From positions 2,230 to 66,229 of the forward strand of contig JAIPIB010000001.1 in NCBI GenBank assembly GCA_021734905.1: a stretch of DNA of 64,000 nucleotides, read 5' to 3'. The DNA is from Minisyncoccota bacterium (GTDB taxonomy: Bacteria > Patescibacteriota > Minisyncoccia > Phycocordibacterales > UBA918). Below the pieces are notes generated by a model, which was given only the letters and a program-made list of their open reading frames with translations, was not told the DNA's origin and did not search any database. Shown one piece after another: positions 47,895-57,325 of the stretch. A program made the position numbers and the translations under genes. Each line of letters starts with the position of its first letter. Within the stretch, counting starts at the first letter, position 1.

Positions 47895-48383
47895 ATGGCA
47901 ATTACAAAAGCAAAAAAAGAAGATATTCTTTCAAGACTTGAGAGTATCAAAAAAGATTCAGATTCAATTGTTTTCGTGAACTTTAAGGGTGTGACGGTGA
48001 AAGAAACTACGGTAATGCGACGAGCTATGCTTGAAGCTGGGGTAGGATATTTTGTCGCAAAAAAGACACTCATGAAGCGAGCGTTTGGGGAAGCTTTCGA
48101 AGGCGAAATGCCAGAACTCGATGGCGAAATTGCTGTAGCATATAGTACAGATGCAATCGCTCCTGCACAGACCGTAAAGGAATTTGCAAAGAAGTATAAA
48201 GATGCAATTGCTATTGCTGGAGGAATTTTCCAGGGAGTTTTCAAGGATAAGGATGAGATGACAGAAATCGCATCAATCCCATCACTTCAAATACTCCGCG
48301 GTATGTTCGTCAATATTATCAATTCCCCGATACAAGGACTTGTTGTTGGGCTTGATGCTATTGCAGATAAGAAGAGTGCGTAA
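47895..48383 (+). CDS. rplJ: 50S ribosomal protein L10
   Basis: MAITKAKKEDILSRLESIKKDSDSIVFVNFKGVTV.. canonical L10; followed by rplL. Confidence 0.85.
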   Translation: MAITKAKKEDILSRLESIKKDSDSIVFVNFKGVTVKETTVMRRAMLEAGVGYFVAKKTLMKRAFGEAFEGEMPELDGEIAVAYSTDAIAPAQTVKEFAKKYKDAIAIAGGIFQGVFKDKDEMTEIASIPSLQILRGMFVNIINSPIQGLVVGLDAIADKKSA

Positions 48384-48449
48384 TTAATAATCTATTGGGT
48401 GTAGTGGTTTAGAAAAGTCCTGGGCAAGAAACAGAGCAAATGAAGTGAT

Positions 48450-48493
48450 GGTCGATTTTTCTTCTTTGGGGAAGAAAAATCGACAGACTCAGA
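48450..48493. repeat. REP-like hairpin (perfect 14-bp stem gtcgatttttcttc/gaagaaaaatcgac) between rplJ and rplL
   Basis: stem sequence related to B-variant stems (cgattt..ttct). Confidence 0.55.
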
Positions 48494-48572
48494 AATTATA
48501 GTCATTTCATTCCTTAATTTCTGGCCACAGCTAAGATTTTCTAATTCGGTGCCCTCATAACAAAATCTAAAC

Positions 48573-49001
48573 ATGACAGATGAAACAACAGTTGCTGCTG
48601 CAGAAGCGGTAGTCGAAGAAGTCGTAGAGGTTCCTGCAGAATTTAAAAAGATTGTAGAAGAGATTGAAAAAATGACTGTTCTTGAGCTTCACTCACTCGT
48701 GAAGGTTCTTGAAAAGAAGTTTGGTGTATCAGCACAAGCCGTTGCGGTTGCTGGACCAGCTGCAGGAGGAGGCGATGCTGCAGAAGAGCAGAGTACATTC
48801 ACTGTAGAACTTACTGAGGCTGGAGCACAGAAGATTGCTGTGATTAAGGCTGTTAAAGAAGTTCTTGGTCTTGGTCTCAAGGAGGCAAAAGACATGGTAG
48901 ATGCAGCACCTTCAGTTGTTAAGGAAGGTCTTAAGAAGGAAGATGCAGATGCTCTCAAGGCAAAGCTTGAAGAAGCTGGAGCAAAAGTTACCTTGAAATA
49001 A
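48573..49001 (+). CDS. rplL: 50S ribosomal protein L7/L12
   Basis: canonical L12 N-terminal dimerisation, Ala/Gly hinge, C-terminal domain ..EAGAKVTLK. Confidence 0.9.
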   Translation: MTDETTVAAAEAVVEEVVEVPAEFKKIVEEIEKMTVLELHSLVKVLEKKFGVSAQAVAVAGPAAGGGDAAEEQSTFTVELTEAGAQKIAVIKAVKEVLGLGLKEAKDMVDAAPSVVKEGLKKEDADALKAKLEEAGAKVTLK

Positions 49002-49014
49002 GGTTTCTTATAAA

Positions 49015-49050
49015 ATAAAAGCCTCGGACTTTTGTCTGAGGCTTTTATTT
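49015..49050 (+). terminator. intrinsic terminator after rplL
   Basis: aaaagcctcggacttttgtctgaggctttt + T-run. Confidence 0.7.
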
Positions 49051-49204
49051 TATGTAGAACCTTTCAAGGTAACTTTTGAACCACAGGCACGCCCGCGGGG
49101 CGGTGAGGAGTGTCGAAGTGGGGTCGCGAGCACTTAGTAGAATTCGACTGAAAGGAAGAATTATACTTAGTGACTTGTGACAAGGTTACACTTAAATTAC
49201 TTAG

Positions 49205-49238
49205 AAAAACAAAAAGCCCCGCTATGAAAGCCGGGGCC
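49205..49238 (-). terminator. intrinsic terminator for minus-strand gene 49360-50010
   Basis: gccccg..cggggc hairpin with T-run on minus strand. Confidence 0.55.
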
Positions 49239-49359
49239 AGAAAGAACTTAGTGGACGGTGGTTGTCACAGACGATGAAGTTGTGTGACATGAAGTGTACA
49301 AGTAACACGAGCAGTCTCACCTCCCTTGATCATGACACTTTCTCCTTGTTTTGCTCGCA

Positions 49360-50010
49360 TCACAGGTTCGATACAGACGTATACTTGCTTTTGTTGTCAG
49401 TCCACACACAGATGTGCGTGTAACCTATCATTGTGATGGTGATAAGGTTGTGTCCGGCGAACAATGTAACAATTTTCCGACGATTAAGTGGAATGAAGAG
49501 TGGGCTATCATGCAGAACCTTTTGGCTCTTGAGTCTCATGTCGCCATGTCGGATTTCAAACGGCTTCCCGTATGTACTCAAATACGGATGAAAGCCGAGG
49601 GAAATAGGCATCGGGCATTTTTCCTGATTTCTCAACTGTATTGAGTGCACCAAGGTTTTGCCACCTTTTGGGATGGTGATAGCGGTTTTTACCGAATGAT
49701 GCCATGGTTCATAAAACCACATCCTTGATTTTGCCGTACCGCGGGAGAAGCTACCCTTTCTGTTTTTGAAATAATGCTGCCGGATAAGCCCATGCTTGGG
49801 AAGATCCGTTGCTTCGTATATCTTGGCCTGCAATTGCGTGCCAAAAAATGGAGAACATACGAATGCTCCACCTCGAACTTTCGTCACTCCATTGATCTTG
49901 ACTTCATTTTCGGGAAAGATGATACTTTCCATACATCCGAGGGGAGTCCAAGATCGTACGGTACCGTTTCCTGCGACTGCGATGTGTGATCCGTTCATTG
50001 ATTCCTCCAA
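49360..50010 (-). CDS. aldose-1-epimerase-like (glucose-6-phosphate 1-epimerase/YeaD-like) protein
   Basis: RGGAFVCSPFFG resembles YeaD RGGIPICWPWFG; His-rich catalytic pattern (WHHSVK, HPYL). Confidence 0.45.
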   Translation of the reverse strand: MEESMNGSHIAVAGNGTVRSWTPLGCMESIIFPENEVKINGVTKVRGGAFVCSPFFGTQLQAKIYEATDLPKHGLIRQHYFKNRKGSFSRGTAKSRMWFYEPWHHSVKTAITIPKGGKTLVHSIQLRNQEKCPMPISLGFHPYLSTYGKPFEIRHGDMRLKSQKVLHDSPLFIPLNRRKIVTLFAGHNLITITMIGYTHICVWTDNKSKYTSVSNL

Positions 50011-50150
50011 ATCGTGATTTTGTTGACCAAATTATTCCGTCGGGACTATATCACACCTTTATGAAAAGTATAGACTTTCATATGCGACATTGTCTGTGCA
50101 AAATGTCCAGATTTGTGAATCTGAAGACCGTGCTATAATCGCATCACTAT

Positions 50151-50780
50151 ATGACAGATCCACTTGCGATACTTTTTGGAAGTCAGGCACGAGTAAAACT
50201 CCTTCGCTTTTTCTTATTTAATCCAACACAAGAATTTAGTTTTGATGACATTTCACGACGGGCGCGTCTTGTGCGGAGAACTGCACGTACAGAAATTAAT
50301 GCACTCGAACGAGCTGAAGTTATTAAGAAAAAAATAATTTTTGCTAAGCACAAGACGAAAGAAACAAAAGTCCGAACACAGGGATACATGCTTAATACGA
50401 AATTCCCGCAACTGAGTTCGTTGCAAACATTCCTTTTTGAGACAGCTCCAATCAATGGAACAACTGTCTTGAAACATATTCGTAAAATCGGCCCGCTTGA
50501 TTTTGTTGCATGTACAGGAATTTTCATGCGCGAGTTTGATCGAAGACTTGATCTTATCGTAGCAATGAAAAAACTGAACGAAGGGAAGGTTGAGGTTGCC
50601 ATACGTTCTCTTGAAGCGGAGCTTGGAATTGAGATTCGGTACGCAACTTTTACCACAGAAGATCTTTTATATCGTGTTGGCATGTATGACAAACTCACCA
50701 GAGACGTTTTTGACTATCAGTACCAAATTATCATTGATAAAATAGGCGTTCGGAATGAGCTCCGTAGGCCAAATGTTTGA
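50151..50780 (+). CDS. hypothetical protein with N-terminal winged-helix-like segment
   Basis: LFGSQARVKLLRFFLFNP.. pattern; otherwise unassigned. Confidence 0.3.
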   Translation: MTDPLAILFGSQARVKLLRFFLFNPTQEFSFDDISRRARLVRRTARTEINALERAEVIKKKIIFAKHKTKETKVRTQGYMLNTKFPQLSSLQTFLFETAPINGTTVLKHIRKIGPLDFVACTGIFMREFDRRLDLIVAMKKLNEGKVEVAIRSLEAELGIEIRYATFTTEDLLYRVGMYDKLTRDVFDYQYQIIIDKIGVRNELRRPNV

Positions 50781-50829
50781 CAAAACAAGATCACAATTGT
50801 CTTATGATCTATTGTGAGCTTATATGCTA

Positions 50830-50852
50830 CAATTTATATGTTAGTAACTAAC
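50830..50852. promoter_or_regulatory. perfect palindrome ATATGTTAGT-A-ACTAACATAT upstream of 50864 gene
   Basis: seen in sequence. Confidence 0.3.
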
Positions 50853-50863
50853 ATATACAATAT

Positions 50864-51559
50864 ATGACAACTGAATGGATACAGGTCCTTCAATATTCGT
50901 TTCAAACACTCTGGGTGGAAGTCGTTTCTTTTTTACCACAGTTTCTCATCGCATTTCTCATCCTCATTGTTGGATGGATCATCGGTGGCGTGTTGAAGCG
51001 AATCGTTGAAAAAGTATTTGCTACGCTCAAGGTAGACCAACTTCTCGATATGGCAGGGGTTGATGAGTTGAGTGAAAAAGCTGGATATAAACTTAGAGCA
51101 GGAGCATTCGTTGGGTCACTCGTGAAGTGGTTTACCATCATCGTATTTTTTGTTGCATCACTAGATGTACTTAATCTGGATCAGGTAACAGTTTTCTTTA
51201 GGGAAGTTGTTCTCTCATACCTCCCACAAGTAATTGTCGCAGTACTCATACTTTTTGGAGCAATGATTATTGCGAAAGTTGTGGACACAAGTATTGTTGC
51301 AACATCTCGCGCAGCAGGCTTTAGTTCTCCAGACCTTCTTGGTCATTTTGCTCGATATGCGATCCTTGTGCTTGCTGTACTTGCAGCACTTAGTCACCTT
51401 CAGATTGCACCGCAGCTTGTTGAGATGCTTTTTGCAGGCTTTGTCTTTGCAACATCACTCGCGCTCGGACTTGCTTTTGGTCTTGGTGGTAAGGAAACTG
51501 CTGCACATTGGCTTAATGCCTTTACACAGAAGAAGAACGATCATATGAACCATCGGTAG
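50864..51559 (+). CDS. membrane protein with repeated conserved-TM-helix motif (MscS-associated TM_helix-like)
   Basis: Repeated ~25-aa hydrophobic units with charged caps. Confidence 0.4.
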   Translation: MTTEWIQVLQYSFQTLWVEVVSFLPQFLIAFLILIVGWIIGGVLKRIVEKVFATLKVDQLLDMAGVDELSEKAGYKLRAGAFVGSLVKWFTIIVFFVASLDVLNLDQVTVFFREVVLSYLPQVIVAVLILFGAMIIAKVVDTSIVATSRAAGFSSPDLLGHFARYAILVLAVLAALSHLQIAPQLVEMLFAGFVFATSLALGLAFGLGGKETAAHWLNAFTQKKNDHMNHR

Positions 51560-51591
51560 GAAACACGAATAACGGAGTGTTTTAAAAGAAA

Positions 51592-51622
51592 AAAGCAACG
51601 GTTTCCGTTGCTTTTTTCTTTT
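51592..51622 (+). terminator. intrinsic terminator (aaaagcaacgg-tttc-cgttgcttttttc)
   Basis: seen in sequence. Confidence 0.8.
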
Positions 51623-51701
51623 AAAAAGAGCTCGAAAAATCGCAGTGCTTAGATCCTAAAAAATGAAATGCTATCATCCATGCTAATTTCATGCAAAATG
51701 C

Positions 51702-51729
51702 TTGACTCTTAAACCGTTTCATATATAAT
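51702..51729 (+). promoter_or_regulatory. strong sigma70-type promoter (TTGACT-16-TATAAT) for the 23S-tRNA-5S operon or a short leader RNA
   Basis: ttgact 51702-51707, tataat 51724-51729. Confidence 0.6.
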
Positions 51730-51735
51730 GGCGCC

Positions 51736-52465
51736 TACGTGTTTATGAGTATTACTAAAGAAACTAACTAGCGGAGAGAAGTCGCCTTGCGAATTCTTAT
51801 GCCGCGAAGCGCGGTTTTTTTAGTCAAAAAATTCAGGGATGAATTTTGAGAGGTATTCAGGGAAACATGCGATTTTTGACAAACACCACGAGTGAGCGTT
51901 GCGGAAGAGTTTACTCTTCCATAACCGAACGAGTGGTGGTTGTATGCTTGTCATACAATTGCATATTCTAGAGACGAGGTTGATAAGGCCTCGTCTCGAA
52001 AAATCCTATGTGTTCGACGCACATAGGTACTTGTCTGTGCTACTCGTTACTCAGAGTTTCATTTCTAATGAAATCTCTAGCGTAGTACAGACAAGCAGGT
52101 AAGCGTATGTAGCGTAAAGACAATTGGAATTTTTCCGGGTCTTTTCGTCCGCTACATACACAAACATAAACAAGTCTTATCAGAGTTTGTATCTCTGGTA
52201 AGCACACTCAAAAGTATCGTGAACTTCATAGAGGTGAAGTTCAAAAAATCGTGGATGATAGTAATTTGAAGTTCGCTTTTTAATTACTATCACAAAAGGG
52301 ACAATGCTTCGATTAAGGGGGGATATCAAATCTCTGCCACACTATACGAAGTTTAAGCGTAACCCCTGCGGCGGTAGCATTTTGCTATCATCCACGACCC
52401 AACTTTTTGTTGGGGTCTCTATGAAGTTCACGATACGATCAAAAAATTGTACAGCGGTGTACAGC
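51736..52465 (+). other. highly structured rRNA leader (multiple perfect hairpins; long-range stem cgtgaacttcatagag 52218-52233 / ctctatgaagttcacg 52419-52434; processing stem gtacagcattccttacagg with 56018-56036)
   Basis: inverted repeats seen in sequence; hairpin+T7 at ~51800-51822 inside leader. Confidence 0.5.
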
Positions 52466-53025
52466 ATTCCTTACAGGAATGTTAAGGGTGTATGGTGGAT
52501 GCCTAGGCTTCAAGAAGCGATGAAGGACGTGATATGGCTGCGATAAGCGTGGGGGAGATGCCAAATAATCGTTATATCCCACGATTTCCGAATGAGGAAA
52601 CTCACCTGCTTACGGCAGGTACCCTTGAATGAGGGAGCGTACCCAGGGAAGTGAAACATCACAGTACCTGGAGGAAAAGAAAGCAAAAAACGGGACTTTC
52701 TTTCTGACTTTTGAACAGCTTGCTGTTCTCCATTGAAGTCAGGAAGAAGGTTCTCGCGATTCCCTTAGTAGCGGCGAGCGAAAAGGGTAGAGCCCAAACC
52801 ATTCGTATTTATATGGATGGGGTTGTAGGGCAGTAGTGTCATTTAGTTGAGAAGAGTTACAAAATGTTGTCATAATAAAACGCGTTGGGAAGCGCGACCC
52901 AAGAAGGTAATAGTCCTGTATATGAAATTTCAACAACTCTTTTGCTACTGTTCCTGAGTAGTTCGGGACATGAATAGCCCGAATGAATCTGGGAGGACTA
53001 ACTCCTAAGGCTAAATATTCTTGAA

Positions 53026-53071
<46 letters not shown>

Positions 53072-53639
53072 GGAGAGGGGAGTGAAATAGATCTGAAACC
53101 ATACATCTACAAGGAGTCGAAGCCCTGCGGGGCGACGGCGTGCCTATTGAAGAATGAGCCGGCGAGTGTATCTTTATTCTTTGTCTAAGTGGTAAACCCA
53201 CGGAGGCGTAGTGAAAGCGAGCGTGAATAGCGCGAATATAGAGTAAGGATACGACCCGAAGCGGGATGAGCTTGCCATGTGCAGGGTGAAGCGAAGGTAA
53301 AACTTCGTGGAGGCCCGAACCGGTTGGCCGTTCAAAACCATCGGATGACATGTGGTAGGGAGTGAAAAGCTAATCGAATTCCGTAATAGCTGGTTCTCTC
53401 CGAAACAGCTTTAGGGTTGGCGTCGTGTGTTCCTCCTGGGGGTAGAGCTCTGGAAGGTCTAAATAGGGAGAAATCTCGTTAGACCTATCAAACTACGAAT
53501 ACCAGGTAGTCACAGCACGGCAGTTAGACTACGGGGGAGAAGCTCCGTTGGTCGAAAGGGAAACAGCCCAGATCGCCAGTTAAGGTCCCAAAATATATGC
53601 TCAGTGCAACTTGAGGAGGTGAGGATTCATAAACAGTCA

Positions 53640-53671
<32 letters not shown>

Positions 53672-54514
53672 GAAAGCGTAACAGCTCACTGATCGAGAGT
53701 CCTTGCGCCGAAGATGATCGGGGCTCAAGCATATTACCGAAACTGCGGATGTCACTTTTCTTCGGAAAAGTGGCGTGGTAGGAGAGCGTTCTGTTCTGCA
53801 ATGAAGCCAAGGTGTAAACCACGGTGGAGCGTACAGAAGTGAGAATGCCGGCACAAGTAACCGCAAGACGGGTGAGAACCCCGTCCGCCGAAATACCGAG
53901 GTTTCCTTCGCTATGCTGATCAGCGAAGGGTTAGTCGGTCCTAAGCCGATCCCGAATGGGGGAGGCGATGGATAGCAGGTTAATATTCCTGCACACTGTT
54001 GCGTTGCGATGGAGGGACGGAGGGTTGTACCCAAAGCATCTTATTGGATTGGTGCTGGAACTATGAGGAGGTGTGGTAGGCAAATCCGCCACACAATACT
54101 CCGAGTAGGGTCTGAACGTAAGGCTTCGGCCGAGCGAATGAGGGGAGCACGCTTCCTAGAAAAACTTCTAAGCATAAACGTAACGGTTCCGTACCGCAAA
54201 CCGACACAGGTGGTAGGGTCGAGAAGACCAAGGCGAACGAGTGAGGGGTCCTTAAGGAACTCGGCAAAAAAGCGGCCGTAACTTCGGGATAAGGCCTGCC
54301 TTTGCCCCTTCGGGGGTTAAAGGCCGCAGCGAAAGATTTCCTGGCAACTGTTTAACAAAAACACAGCTCCCTGCGAACACGTAAGTGGATGTATAGGGGG
54401 TGACGCCTGACCAATGCCGGAAGGTTAAATATGGGGGGTCTTATGTATTTATATGTAAGGCTGGACTATATAAGCCCCGGTCAATGTCAGCGATAACTAT
54501 AATCGTTCTAAGGT

Positions 54515-54712
54515 TCAGCAATTTTTCTTCGGAAAAATTGCTGATAGGACTGGAACGATTATGGGTTAAACATATAACGCCGAACAAGCTACCTTGCATC
54601 CAGAAATGTATGCATAGTCCAAATTGCAACCAACAAGAGACCAAATGTTGCACATCTTAACTATCGAAAGATAAAAGATGAAGATAGAGTCCTTCTGCAA
54701 TAGGAATAGAAG
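54515..54712 (+). other. 198-nt intervening sequence in 23S domain IV between AAGGU and AGCG (E. coli ~L1917-1923 region); degenerate group-I-like mini-intron?
   Basis: Exon sequence contiguous in E. coli; insert preceded by U, ends in G; contains gatgaagatagagtcc nearly identical to S-element segment of the downstream intron; starts with perfect UUCG-type hairpin cagcaattttt-cttcgg-aaaaattgctg. Confidence 0.55.
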
Positions 54713-55279
54713 AGCGCAATTCCTTGTCGGGTAAGTTCCGACGTGCACGAAAGGCGTAATGACTGGGAAACTGTCTCAAGGACCTGCTCGGTGAAAATAC
54801 AATGGGGGTGAAGATGCCCCCTACCTGCAGTTAGACGAAAAGACCCCAGGAGCTTTACTGTAGCTTCGTATTGGGGCTGTTGAATTAATGCGTAGCATAG
54901 AAGGGAGACTTTGAAGCGAGCTTTCGGGTTTCGTGGAGTCGCCAGTGAAATACCTTTCTTTAATTTGGCAGTTCCTAACCTCTTAGAAAAAATCTAAGAG
55001 AGACAGTGCGTGGCAGGCAGTTTTAGTGGGGCGCTACCCTCCTAAAAAGTAACGGAGGGGTCTCAAGGTTGGCTAGGCGCGAATGGAAACCGTGCCGATA
55101 GTGTAATGGCATAAGCCAGCTTGACTGTAAGGCGTCAGTGCCGAACAGATGCGAAAGCAGAGCATAGTGAACCGACGGTACGCTTTAGACGCGGCCGGAG
55201 ATTATCTGACAAAAGTTACCCTGGGGATAACAGGCTAGTCGTGCCCAAGCGTCCATAGCGACGGCACGGTTCGGCACCT

Positions 55280-55646
55280 TAACTTATTTATGGTATTTCA
55301 CTCAGCAATGGGTGTTTATATCAAGTTATAAATACATCGGGGTGCCTAGAGTAGCAATACTCTATAAAAATAAATTGGCTATATGCTGGAACTCCTGAGT
55401 CAAAATTAAGCATACAAGGCCCAAACAGTAATTTGAAAAAATAAGCTGTGTGGCTTGAAAACATTGTATGTTCAGGACAATCAGCAGGGAAGACTTCTAA
55501 GTTATTTAAAATAATATGAAGAACCCTCAGAGACTACACGCCAATCTCCAACTCTAAGTAGAGCTGGATGAAGATATAGTCCGATCCTCGTAGTAATACG
55601 AGTGTATAGTAAAAGTAGATAGAATTTTTACTATACAAAACGACAG
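55280..55646 (+). other. group I self-splicing intron (367 nt, no ORF) in 23S domain V at E. coli L2500-equivalent site
   Basis: Interrupts GGCACCU|CGAUGUCGGCUC; 5' exon ends in U, intron ends in G; candidate IGS gggtgt (55310-55315) pairs with exon gcaccu giving U-G at splice site; conserved Q aatcagcagg (55479-55488), R cctcagagactacacg (55525-55540), S aagatatagtcc (55571-55582). Confidence 0.85.
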
Positions 55647-55676
55647 CGATGTCGGCTCAACTTATCCTGGGGCTGG

Positions 55677-55712
<36 letters not shown>

Positions 55713-55717
55713 AAGTT

Positions 55718-55755
<38 letters not shown>

Positions 55756-56160
55756 CTCTATCTACTGCAGGCGTCGATTCTTGAAGAGATTTGTCCCTAG
55801 TACGAGAGGACCGGGATGAACTGACCTCTGGTCTATCTGCTGTCACGCCAGTGGCACCGCAGAGTAGCTATGTTGGGAATGGATAACTGCTGAAAGCATC
55901 TAAGCAGGAAGCCAACTCTAAGATTAGGAATCATTAAGTCCCCTGAGAGATGATCAGGTTGATAGGCACTAGGTGTAAGCGCAGCAATGTGTGGAGCCGA
56001 GGTGTACTAATTAGACGTAATTCCTGTAGGGAATGCTGTACATCGCCCCAAATGAACAAAATTAACGCACTGTTTTTAATTTTGGACATTTAGGAGTGAA
56101 AAGCTATACAATTTTTTGGAGTATTGTTTTATGTTTGTCGTCGTTTTAGAATATGTGATT

Positions 56161-56232
56161 GAACAAACGAGCGTAGCGACTATTGTGAAATTATGTCCCG
56201 ATTTCTTCTAACAGAGAAGTAATCGCTGGACC
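56161..56232 (+). repeat. REP-like element, B-variant, in 23S-tRNA spacer
   Basis: gagcgtagcgactattgtgaaattatgtcccgatttcttctaacagagaagtaatcgctggacc; ~66/66 identical to 56957-57030 copy. Confidence 0.7.
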
Positions 56233-56261
56233 TTAGGATTCATGAGGTTATGTACGCTCAA

Positions 56262-56730
56262 ATTGACAATTGAATACTGTAATGTGGTTTTTAAACCATA
56301 AAGATCAGAGACGAATCAAAATTTCCGCTATCGGTCGCCAACCTCCCAAGTTTCAGGCATATCCGATACGTGTGTGTTTACATTTTGATTGACTTGCTCA
56401 GGTAGGCATTCCATGGCGGCTTTTGCCTCCTAACCTGCCGCCCGCGATTCTTCGCTACCTTGCGCAGTCATGCAAGTTGGGAGCTTTCTCCCCGTCTCTC
56501 CCTCGTTCTTTGTCTGTCGGTGGTGTATAGAAATTGTACGATTTTTCTGCCTTTCTTCATTCTTTTGGGATGTAGCTCAGCTAGAGGGTTATTGCAACTT
56601 CTTAGGTAGAGTGCCAATTGTTCCCGGTTGTCAACATCCGGTAAAAAGATTGGAGGTCGCTGGTTCGAATCCAGCCATCCCGACCATTGCTATTTCTTTG
56701 GAAATAGCATCACATTACAGTATTCAATAG
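56262..56730 (+). other. inverted repeat attgaatactgtaatgtg (56270-56287) / cacattacagtattcaat (56711-56728) bracketing the tRNA: candidate processing stem
   Basis: 18-bp perfect complementarity seen in sequence. Confidence 0.5.
56566..56686 (+). tRNA. aberrant over-long tRNA gene (121 nt) with canonical acceptor/T-arm/encoded CCA but ~22-nt insert in D-loop and ~23-nt insert in anticodon loop; isotype unresolved
   Basis: 5' tgggatg-ta-gctc-ag.. and 3' ..gaggtc-gctgg-ttcgaat-ccagc-catcccg-a-cca; anticodon stem ccaat/attgg encloses 30 nt instead of 7. Confidence 0.5.
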
Positions 56731-56956
56731 ATAAAATGCACCATTACAGCTTTTGTAGGGGAGATAGGAAGTAGTTTAAGGAGGAAAACATACAGGAAGT
56801 AACCCAAAGGGTAAACATAACTGCCAGATCCGTCTGTCAGAATCGCCTGCATATGACCAATTCGAGTTTGGTCCGCCTATCTTTCCCGCCTGAATCTAGA
56901 TATTCAGGTTTCCTACAAAAGCTATAATGAATTGAAAATTGAATATTTAAAGTTGA

Positions 56957-57030
56957 ATGAACAAAGGAGCGTAGCGACTATTGTGAAATTATGTCCCGAT
57001 TTCTTCTAACAGAGAAGTAATCGCTGGACG
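56957..57030 (+). repeat. REP-like element, B-variant, in tRNA-5S spacer
   Basis: near-identical to 56161-56232 copy. Confidence 0.7.
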
Positions 57031-57147
57031 GTGGTTTCATAAGGGGTTGTCGATATCTTGACGGAAGGAACGATATCATATAACCTGAACAGCGACTGAA
57101 AGTCGAATCCGTTCCTAAAAAGAATTTTGAAAATTGAATAATTGAAG

Positions 57148-57267
<120 letters not shown>

Positions 57268-57296
57268 TCTTCAATTTTCAAAAATTCTTTTTAGAT

Positions 57297-57325
57297 AAAA
57301 ACCAGAATCAATTCTGGTTTTTATT
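57297..57325 (+). terminator. rRNA operon intrinsic terminator (accagaat-caa-ttctggt + TTTTT)
   Basis: seen in sequence. Confidence 0.8.

Noticed and set aside
56566-56686. tmRNA (ssrA) as an explanation for the over-long tRNA-like gene
   Set aside because: tmRNA has a tRNA-Ala-like acceptor with G3-U70 and ~350 nt between the 5' and 3' tRNA-like halves, including a tag reading frame. Here both halves sit within 121 nt with D- and anticodon-arm remnants and no tag ORF.
56470-56730. 86-aa ORF overlapping the tRNA
   Set aside because: It spans the tRNA gene and its processing stem, and the translation is low-complexity. It is not a protein gene.
56161-57030. Possible CRISPR array (two near-identical ~66-bp repeats)
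   Set aside because: Only two copies, 800 bp apart, separated by a tRNA gene. They belong to the dispersed REP-like family found throughout the window. There are no cas genes and no regular repeat-spacer periodicity.
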